DNA of 64,000 nt from Yuukianura sp. NJ FZ-2021 (taxonomy: Eukaryota). Both the position numbers and the translations under genes were made by a program. Below the pieces are notes generated by a model, which saw only the letters and a program-made list of their open reading frames with translations, had not been told where the DNA came from and did not search any database. Positions 39,163 through 49,168 of this stretch are shown here, piece by piece (positions within the stretch are counted from its first letter, which is position 1; the number at the start of each line of letters is the position of its first letter). The stretch covers positions 6,262,001-6,326,000 of the forward strand of contig CM102288.1 in assembly GCA_046563655.1 (NCBI GenBank), read 5' to 3'.

Positions 39163-42100
39163 ATGAAAGGTAAAGAAGTAGCGAATGTTGTTTTTCTTTT
39201 GGGAATTTTTTAATACAATATATGTTAAAAAATTAATTGTAATAAAATTTTCGTTTTTAGTTTACATGTGTGTCTCTAAGTAGTGAAAGCTACTTTGGGT
39301 ATCGAAATTGTCATGTCTGTCCGTCTGTCTGTCTGTGTGTTGCCTTGTTTATTCTGTCTAAATTTTTGTGTATATATTTAATTAATTTCAATTTATTTAA
39401 ATATATTATATGTTTTTAGCAGGAGAGAAGGAGTCGTGGGTGACGGTGGTTCTGGATGATCGTATGGGATGGGAAGCATTGGTTCTTGCTGCATCCATTA
39501 AACGGCATCTCACACTGCGCAAACTCACTGTTCTCATCGAAACTCAAAAAGTTTCTGGAAAAATGCAGTACGAATTCAGAAATAATCAAAGATGATAAGA
39601 TTAAAACAAAGTTTAAAATAAATTTTTATTATATTTTATTATATGAATATGTTTTTAGAGAAATGTTGAGAGGAGCTTTCGACTACGTCGAGACTCTACA
39701 GAATGCGAGTGTTGTGTATGGCGGAAAAGAACATTTGAACGACAAGTTCTGGAAGAGACATCTCTGGAGTCTGCTGCTCTGGAAGAAGTGCGTCTTCATC
39801 GCTTCAGATTCACTCGTAAACTACTTTGACATAAACTTAGATTCTAAACTTTTGTTTTTGAATTTCAGTTTTTGGATTTTGAACTTTAGGTTTTGGAGTC
39901 AATTGAAGATTTGTTTGACCTGGACGAGTTTTCTGCTCCTACTGTTAGAGTTGGCGCGCAACAAGGAATGTCGGTTGACTTGTTTGTTTTTCAACCGAAC
40001 AGAGAAACACTCAAAGCACTAAGTGCCAAATCCAAATTTGGTATTACCGATGTAGTATCATAATCAGAATGAAAAATGTTTTTCTTTTAAAATTTAAAGG
40101 AAATTTTGAAACTGAAATTTGAAATTTTGAAATCAGGTGACGATGCAATTCTGAAGCATTTTTGGAAAACTTGGACAGCTACTGCAACAAAGAAAATCAA
40201 GGACGGAGTGGTCTTCCCTCTGTTGTCTCAGCAGAGCCATCTACAGTAACTAAAAAACGTTTTCAAAAAACGAAAAAAATTTAAAAAAGATTTGTTTTTC
40301 TAAAATTTGCAGTTGTCAACAGCCAAGAGTTGTTCAGTTTGGGCAAAAGCCTTGGACACACAAAACGTATGCTGGAAAGTGGTGCCAAATTTTAGCAGAG
40401 GACGTACTGCCACAACTTCAGTCTTGTGAGGTAAAGAAGTATTTTAAAAGTTATGTTAAAAATTAACAAATTTTTTCAAAATTTTAAAGTTTTTGAAATT
40501 TTGAAAATTTTGTGCTTTAACAGCTCCTGGAATTCCTGGAAACGTCGTCCAAGGAGCTTGGCATTCCACTTTCGAAAGCGATGTCCAGCACTGTAACTGT
40601 GAATATGGCTGAAAACTGGTCAGACTGCATTGCAGTTGTGGGCATGAGTTGTCGGTTTCCTGGAGCCAACTCAGTTCAAGAGTACTGGAACCTCCTCGTG
40701 GACGGAAGATCCGCCATCCGTCCATTTCCGGATGGACGAAGGACGTTTGAAGCCGTCGGAATCCGGAAGGACGTCGCAGGATTTCTGTCCTGCGCAGTGG
40801 ACGAGTTTGATGCTAAATTCTTTGGAATCAGTCCGCGAGAGGCACCACTGCTCGATCCTCAGCAACGACATCTTCTGGAAGTCATTTGGGAGTCACTGGA
40901 AGATGCAGGTATGCCATTGGCTCTTGAAGCAAATCCAGCTTTCTGATTGGCTGTTGAAGTAAATCCAGCCTTCTGATTGGTTATTTTTAGGCATCGATGG
41001 ATCACTGCTGAAAGAAACACCCACTGGCGTTTTTGTTGGCGTTTTGACGCAGGATTACGACCGAATGCTTCCGAGAAACGGCTATATCGGAAACGAGTAC
41101 CACCATCGCTTTCTTGGAAACGCAATCAGCGCTATCGCTGGAAGAATTTCGTTTTTTCTGGGATTAACTGGGCCAAACATGGCAGTTGAATCTGGTTAGT
41201 AGTATAAATTCACTACAATAATGTGCATGGCCAAAGAAAAACGGCGGTTTTATTTTTAAAAAATCTCACTTTACCCCAAATGTCGCTCAAATTCTAAAAA
41301 CAATAGTTGAAACAACAGGTTATATTTAAAACAATAGCTAAAACTTGAAACAATAATTCGTTCTTTTTTGTAAATCAGGCTGCTCCTCGTCCCTGGCAGC
41401 TCTCCATCTTGGCTGTCAGAGTCTGCGAAGTGGTGAGTCCAACTTGGTGATTAGCGGTGGAGTTAACTTGATTATCATTCCACGCAACTCCTCCGTCGCT
41501 GGAACTGACGCTGGAGAAACTTTGAAAAAAGACGCTGATGGTTTCATCTCTGGTGAGGGTGTGGCTACAATTGTGCTTAAGCGTTACGCAGACGCTGTCA
41601 GAGATGGAGACAAAATTCGAGCCATAGTTCGTGGTTCTGCGATTGGAAACGACGGAGGAATGATCAGTGGCGGCACGGCTTCTGCTGATGAACAAGTTCG
41701 TGTGTACCGTGAAGCTTTAGAAAATTCGCATGTGCTGCCGGAGGAAATTTCATATGTTGAAACACACGGCCCTGACGAGACGGAGGTGACGGCCCTGAAC
41801 GAAGTTTACTCAAAAACGAACAGAGCAGAACCGCTTCTGATTGGTTCCGTCAAACCGAACATCGGATACTGTGAGTCTGCTGGAGGAATTGCATCAATTA
41901 TCAAACTGATTTTGGCCTTTGAGCGGGAAACTATTCCAAAGAATTTGAATTTTCAAAATTCAAATTTGCCACTTCAAGAATTCAAAATCAAAATTCCGGC
42001 TACAAATTTACCCTGGGGTGGAAACAAGCGACTCGCTGCAACGAGTTCGTTTAGCACTACCGGAACACTGGTACACTTCATCCTACAATCCGCGGACAAA

Positions 42101-44935
42101 ATGCCGGCTGAAACAGTAACGGCGGACAAAATGCCGGCTGAAACACTACCACCCAAAACAGAACCACAGCTTGTTCTAATCTCAGCTAAAACGCCGGAAG
42201 CTCTTGAAGCCCAACTGAAGAATTATGAAAACTTTTTTGAAAAAAATCGCGATTGGCCCCTGGACGAAATTGCTTTTGCGACGAATCTTTGCCGAACGCA
42301 TTTCTCCCACCGAGTGGCCGTTTTTGCCGAAAACACTGCCGATTTAATTCAAAAACTAAAATCAAAAGATTTTACCAGTACCGGGAAAGTTTCAAATTCA
42401 AATTCAAAACTGCCGCCAATTGGATTTCTCTTTACTGGACAATTCACGCAATATTTGGGAATGGCTAAAGGCCTGTACTCACTTTTCACGTCGTTTCGCG
42501 AAACGCTTGACTACTGCTCAGAAGTGTATCAGCGTTTAAGCGGTTTTTCGCTTTTGCAAATCATGTTTGAGGACGAAACAAAATTGCGGGAAACCGAATT
42601 CTCGCAACCAGCGATTTTCTGTGTTCAAATTTCTCTTGTTAAGCTATGGGCCCATTTCGGAATTCAGCCTTCGGTTGTTCTCGGTTCAAGTCTTGGAGAG
42701 TACGCAGCCGCAGTAGCTGCTGACGTCATGAGCATCGAAGACGGCTTGCGATTGGTCGTTGGACGGAGTCAGTTGGCCAATCAGATGAAGCCAGGCAGAA
42801 TGCTGGCCGTGAAGGGGTCATTGACCTTGGTTGAAAAAATGCTGGCGGAGGTCAACTTGACTGAAACTTTGGACATCGCTGCAGTGAATTCACCAACTCA
42901 AATAATTTTAGCTGGACCACCAGAGGCTGTGGAAGCATTTGAAAAATGCTGCGCAGAAAGAGAAATAAAGACACACCGTTTGGCTTCTGCGCAGGCCTTC
43001 CACTCTAAAGATATTGAAGACATTCTGGATGAGTTTGGTGAAATTGCACAGAGTATTCAGTACAATTCTCCGACTTGTACTTACATTTCTTCCACTCTCG
43101 CCAGACGACTGATTCCCGAAGACTTCCGAGCAGAGTACTGGCAGTGCCATCTACGAGATCCAATTCAATTCTCTAAAGCAGTTTCACTTTTGACGAATTC
43201 CACTCAAATTTTGATCGAAATCGGACCACAACCGGTTCTACTAGGTCTTGCAATGGCCAATTACGGACTCCATTCAAATCAAAATCAAAGTCAAAATGAG
43301 GCAAAAAGTCAAAATCAACGTCAAAATGAGGCAAAAAGTCAAAATCAGCTCGTGTGTTGCCCATCTATGCGCCGAGTTGAAGAGAATTCTTACACTTTCT
43401 ACACAGCTTTGGCCAAACTCCACGTTTCAGGAATTCCAATTGACTGGAAATCCCATTTTGCGGGAAAATCAAAAAATTTGAAATTACCGCTCTACCCGTT
43501 TCAGCGCCAAAAATTTTGGTTTGTTCTGTCCGACTACACGGATGAAGAAGACGACAAAGATCGTGACGGGATTTTCATCAGCGCAGAACGAATCCACCCA
43601 ATTCTGGGCTACAAAATTCCAACTCCCGGCAGAATTCATTTTGCCCAATCAAAACTCCTCAAAGAATTGCCCTACTTCAACCATTGTACAATGGCTAATG
43701 CTCCGTTTCTAACTGCTGGTGGGGTCATTGAACTGTTTCTGGCAGCAGCCAATCAGAAGCGACGACAGTTAGCAACAGCCAATCAGAAACTGCAACTCAA
43801 AAGCATTCACTTCTGTGACTATTTGCGATTGGACAAAGACACAACTATTCACACTTTGATTGACGACTCACTTGTGACTTTGTATGAACAAACAAACGGA
43901 TCGTGGAACGTCATCGCAAAAATGGAAATTCCGCCGGAAAAAGAAGAAAAAAATACAATTGGATTTGAAAAGAGTCGTGATTGGCTGAAACGAGAAATGG
44001 AGGATTCTGATTGGTTGAACAAATCTGTGGAATTGGAAGTTACAGACTTTTATGAATCTGAACCTGAAGTTTATTTTGGAAACCATTACAGAAGAATTAA
44101 AAAATTGCGAAAATTTGAAGACGGAACAATTTTAGGAGAGTTGTGCACTTTTGTGCAAGATCCGGCGATTCTGGGTCAAAGGTCATCGACATACATAGCC
44201 TTCCCTACAGTTTTAGATTCCATGCTCCATTGTGCCTTGCTAGCACAGAACTGCACAGGAACAGTTTGTCTTCCAAAGAAAATCCACGCTATCACGTGGT
44301 TCGGAAAAACCGCGAATTCGTCCGAACTGGTCGTCAGAGCAGATAAAACTGGTGTTTCTCTTAGCTCGAGATCTGGCGACATTTTGGCGACCATTGAGGG
44401 TGTCGAATTCCCTGAAAAGTCGGATGAGCAGATCAGAGAAAACAGGAATTTGTCAACTACTGCAACTCCTGATAAAAAGTCAATGGCCTCTGCTGAAATC
44501 CAGGGTCAAAGGTCAATGACCTTTGACCTCGGCGATTCTCACATCACCATGGAAGATTTAAAGGACGAGAGACTGCGTATTCTGGCTGAAATTCTTGCAC
44601 GACCATCGGCGAAACCAACCGCTGCTCCTGACCGGAGTTACGACATTGTCGAAAAACCGCTGGAAATGTCGCAGAAAAGTGATCCAGGAGAAGAAATGTC
44701 GCTGGAATCGCTTGAAAAAAGACTGGAAAAGTTGGTGAGACAAACGCTGCGACTTCCGGAGGGAGAGATGCTGGACATGGACCAGAACTTGGCAGAGATT
44801 GGAGTGGACTCTCTGATGGGTCTGGAGATTGGCACGAAGATCCAGGACTGGATTCAGCACAAGCAAATTCCACCGACCATCGTCCAGGAATTTCCCACCA
44901 TCCGCACACTTTTGGCTGCACTCACGCAACAATAG
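39163..44935 (+). CDS. Glycogenin-like GT8 domain fused to a type I PKS module (GT8-KS-AT-DH-ACP), 9 exons, about 1611 aa
   Basis: Exons 39163-39169, 39420-39567, 39659-39815, 39890-40040, 40137-40245, 40313-40430, 40524-40908, 40991-41194 and 41379-44935 total 4836 nt, with all GT-AG phases compatible. GT8 part: SWVTVV...ALVLAASIK...RKLTVL, KCVFIASDSL|VLESIEDLF, FVFQP, GDDAIL, VVQFGQKPW. KS: IAVVGMSCRFPGA, LDPQQR, ESG|CSSSL. AT: GSSLGE, AFHS. DH: HPILG, PTVLD. ACP: GVDSL. Confidence 0.85.
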
Positions 44936-45789
44936 TTTTCAAAAAAAATTGCACCTTCAAAAACTTTAAATCCATTATAATACTAAGAAAATATGGGGTT
45001 GATTTGTGTGTCTCGAAGGCGTATTTCTTTGACCGATTGGTAATGCAATGAATTCATTATAATTTTTTTCAAACCAAAATCAAAAAAGCTTGGTTTCTTA
45101 TTCGGGTTCCTCCAAAGTTTAAAAAAAAATTTAAAAATCTGAAACAAAATCTGCAATTGTGCAATTTGTAACTCGGTTGACCTAATTCAGAATCTGTTGA
45201 CCCCGACTTGACTTGGACACATGGTTTTTGAAGTGAGCATGTCACATTCTGCTCGTTTGTATTTGTAAATTGGTTTTGTTGACATGATCAAAAGACTGTG
45301 AATGAGCGTCATTGTTTCTGCAAATGGAAACAACACTTTCTTCCTGGGTCGTGTGTGTGTCTTGACAAAGTTTCCGAAAGATTAGTCAATCCACTTGTCC
45401 ACTTGAGTCAAGATGAGCCGACTGGTGACCTTTGACCTGGAACTAGTCACAAGTTGACCTCACAAGGAACAGGATCCAGGCGGTTCCTTTCCATTTTTCA
45501 TCAATTACTTCTGACGCATATCTGCTTGGAAGTTCACTTTTTCTACGTTTCTACACAAGGGAAACTCACAGCATAACTTTTATAGTTCTCAAATTTTGAA
45601 ATTTTTCACAATCTTCAATTCAGTTTTTAAAAATGTTCAAATGTAGGTCCTCTAATTTTATTTTTACACATTCGTGAAACGTCAAAATCTCGATTTAACA
45701 CAAAATCTACAAATCTGGCTCAAAATCTCGACCAAACGCAGAAGTCAAGCTTTGTCTCAAAATCAAAATCTCAAAATTTTTAAGGAAGA

Positions 45790-47769
45790 ATGGAGCAATC
45801 TCTGGTGGAATCGCTCCCACTTCTGGGGAATTCCAGAAGGTTGAGCGTAGCCCACGAGCGACCGTCGACTCTGAAGCGATTTGGCGGAATCCTATTGGCT
45901 CTCGTGGCGACATTCGTCTACTCCCTGGCGACATTGATTCTGAAGACTTTCAGTTCCTACCATCCGTTTTCTGTGAGTCTGTGGAGATTCCAGGGCATGA
46001 TCATCCCCTCTGTCCCTGTCATTCTCTTCTACGCATGTCTCCCATCCACCAATCAAAATGGATATGCAAAAACATTTGGAATTGGACCAGGAGCTCACAA
46101 ACTACGCACCAACATCAACATTATTCTACTCATCTGCGTAACAAAACTTCTCAAAACTCAAAATTTCAGAACACAAAAAAAATTCAGAATCTTTTTGTAA
46201 TCTTTCTCAAATTTTCCATTTCTTGTTGTAGGTTCGTTCAGTGGTGGGATGTTCGAGCACAGTTTTTCAGATTTACGCAGTGGATCGGCTCAGTTTGGCC
46301 GATGCATCGGTGATCGTGTTCAGTTGTCCAGTGTTTGTGACTTTGTTTGCACACTGTTTCCTGGGTGAGAAGACTGGCTGGGGATCGGTGCTAATCGCCA
46401 TCTTGACTTTTTCTGGAGTCGTCATCATCGCTAGACCACCGATCCTCACTGGACAAAGCGCCATGGACAAAAATACGCTCGTAAGTTAAACCTCCTAATG
46501 CAACAGAAATTTTCTGATCACGTGTGAAATTTTGAAATTTTCCGACCACTTGTGAAAATGAAATTTTCCGACTACAGTGGATTCTCTAAATAAGGGACAG
46601 GAGCTCCTCCTCTTTCTCACTTTCACTCGAAGTCGCGGTACCGTAAAGTTTTAATTTTGGAGGGAACGTATGTTTCAGTTTATCGGCTTATTTTTGTTAC
46701 AAACTGCGCAACAGCGCACAAACTGCGCAACAGCGCACAAACTGCGCAACAGCGCACAAACTGCGCAACAGCGCACAAACTGCGCAACAGCGCACACTTC
46801 GAAACAGGAAATTTTCATTAGAATGGTGTTCCTAGCCTTAAATTCCATATAACTGACCGTTTACCAGAAATCTTACGGTACTGGGGGAGGCGCCTACTAC
46901 CAATCCTCCAATCGTGATTTTTTCCCTTATTTAGAGAATCCACTGTACTTGTGAAAATTTGAAATTTTCCGACCACTTCTGAAAATGAAATTTTCAAAGA
47001 AACTCGTCCAGAAAGTTTAGAAAATCTTCAACAAACGACAGAAAATCGACTACAGAAAATCGTCGGTTGGGTGGAGATTTTAAAGAGAATTTTGTGTTTT
47101 TTAGGAAGGGATCCTGTTTGCCGTGGCTTCCATGCTCACAGCGACTGTTGTGATTTTGATTTTGCGTTTTCTGCGTGACGTGCACTACTCCGTCGTCACA
47201 ATTTCCTACGGTGTGATTGGCTCTATTGAGTGCCTCATTTTGGCAACTTTTCACGGCGTGCTTGACCATCCGCACGGAACGCACGAATGGACTCTCGTGT
47301 TGGGCTTGATACTCTTCACTTTCCTCGGACAAACACTACTAATCTTGTCACTCAAACTGGAAGAAGCTGGTCCAGTAAGTACTGCACAATTAAAGTGCTA
47401 AAAATCAATGAAATTCAATGAATTCACGGAAACTCATGATTTTTAACTTCACTCAAACTCTTGACTTTGAAATTCAAAGAAACTATTTGTGATTTTTGTT
47501 GAAGGTGTCTCTGTTGCAGTCTACTGACGTTATTTTCAGTTTTATTTTGCAATACATCTTTCTCGATATTTCACCGGATAAATACAGGTAAGCCTAACTA
47601 AAAAAAAACACCAGAAAATTTTGAAACTTTCAAAAAAAAAAATACGAAAATTGAGAAAATATTTCAATTAACGTAACCTTGAATGATTTTTAGTATGGTT
47701 GGTGCTTCTATTGTGATACTGGGAGTGAGTCTAACTACACTGCGCAAATGGCTCACTACTCAAAACTGA
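45790..47769 (+). CDS. EamA/DMT-superfamily transporter (SLC35G-like), multi-exon
   Basis: Two EamA repeats with about 10 hydrophobic helices: 'SLWRFQG', 'YAVDRLSLADASVIVFSCPVFVTLFAHCFLGEK', 'GVVIIARP', 'GQTLLILSLKLEEAGP|VSLLQSTDVIFSFILQ'. Stop TGA at 47767-47769. Confidence 0.88.
46575..46945. mobile_element. TA-flanked MITE (Tc1/mariner/pogo-type) in a transporter intron, with an internal 19-bp minisatellite
   Basis: TA|cagtggattctctaaataaggga ... tcccttatttagagaatccactg|TA gives perfect 23-bp TIRs. caaactgcgcaacagcgca x5 at ~46700-46796. Confidence 0.85.
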
Positions 47770-47791
47770 CACAAATCCAGAGTTTCACTTT

Positions 47792-48342
47792 TTACTTCTT
47801 GAGTTCCCGGATGAGTTTTAGCAGCTTCTCCCCAGTCGCTCCCAAGATGGTTCCTACCTAAAACAACAACAAATAACATAAAATATAATAAACATAAATA
47901 TATAAATATCTCTTATTGAATAATATAACATCGAATTGAGAAACCCAGGATAACTCAAATCCAGGGTACCGATGGATTTTGATATTTGTAATAAAAAGTT
48001 TACTTTTTCTTCATCGAGGAATGCAATGATGGTGGGCATGCTTGAGATTTCAAATTCCTCTGCCAGTTCTTCAATCTGATCAACATCCACCTTCATGAAG
48101 ATGACATCAGAGTATGTTTTGGAGAGGCGATCAAACTCCGGAGAAAGCAGTTTGCATGGGCCACACCACTGGGCGTAAAAGTCCACCAGCACCAACTTCC
48201 CTCCAGCTTCTTTAATCTGACTCTCAAAGTCATCCTGCAACCAAACAAAGTTAAAACAACTCAATTAACTCAAACTCAATTAATTAACAACCAATTTTAA
48301 AGTTAAACTCACCCTGTCCAGGACATGATGTACGAGCGACAT
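47792..48342 (-). CDS. Trx: Thioredoxin, 3 exons
   Basis: MSLVHHVLDR|DDFESQIKEAGGKLVLVDFYAQWCGPCK...KVDVD...ISSMPT...|VGTILGA. Confidence 0.93.
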
Positions 48343-48856
48343 AATTTTCAAACCGACCACTCAACAACTTGTCAAAAGCTGGCCAAAAACTAAACTCACT
48401 CAAAACGAAACTAAAACGTCAGCTTTATGGTGTATAAAGCTGTCGTTTTAGTTTCGTTTTCAGCACGACATGCGTGTTGCAACTTTCAAATTACTCGAAC
48501 AAACAATTTTTATGAAAAAGTAACAAATTACGAAAACACGAATCGTGAATTTGAGAAAATTGGGAATCATAAATGATTTAAGTGCTTGGAAAGAAGTTGG
48601 GATCGATACAAAGTAAAAGTGAAGCCACTAAAAGTTTATTCACAAGACCTTGCTCTGATGGACTCTACTGTCCAATTCCCCTTGTTAAATAATTCAGTCC
48701 ATTCTTACCTCAATTGGGTCTAGAGAGTGAGGGGGAGAGAGTGAAATGTGGCTAGGTGACCTTTGACCTGACATGTATAAATAAAGAATTAATCGATTAC
48801 TCTTAACAGAACCAGGGTGAAAAAGATGTCAAAAGGAAGAAGTAGTTGGGGTGAGT

Positions 48857-49168
48857 TTACTGGGGAGTCTTGGCCTGTTTCCTGAGTAGCATGTAGATCT
48901 TCTCCTTGATCCAGTCCTTGGTGTAGGGTGCATAAGTGGACGTGCTCTTCTGGTACACGAGACAAGACAAGTCGGCCAGTTGATCCACAAAGTCAAACAG
49001 CTGAGAGATGTCGTACGTGATTGATGGAGTGTGTGGATTCTGGCGCTTGAGATGCTCTTCATAGATCTTGCACACGCCTTCCATGCATTCGTTGACAGAC
49101 TCGAAGTCACTGTATGTCCGACTCTCCGGTTTTGGACCCGGTTGCATCAGTAAGATCGTATGGGCCAT
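48857..49168 (-). CDS. ERH: Enhancer of rudimentary homolog
   Basis: [45 protein letters not shown]...[23 protein letters not shown]...[14 protein letters not shown] is the highly conserved ERH sequence. Confidence 0.97.
   Translation of the reverse strand: MAHTILLMQPGPKPESRTYSDFESVNECMEGVCKIYEEHLKRQNPHTPSITYDISQLFDFVDQLADLSCLVYQKSTSTYAPYTKDWIKEKIYMLLRKQAKTPQ

Noticed and set aside
30278..44935. Bacterial or fungal contamination as the source of the PKS/NRPS genes
   Set aside because: The genes have short AT-rich GT-AG introns like their neighbours, share host repeat families and are interleaved with an animal Ly6 gene.
41379..44935. Animal fatty acid synthase
   Set aside because: There is no ER, KR or TE, the ACP follows DH directly, and the KS/AT motifs are PKS-like.
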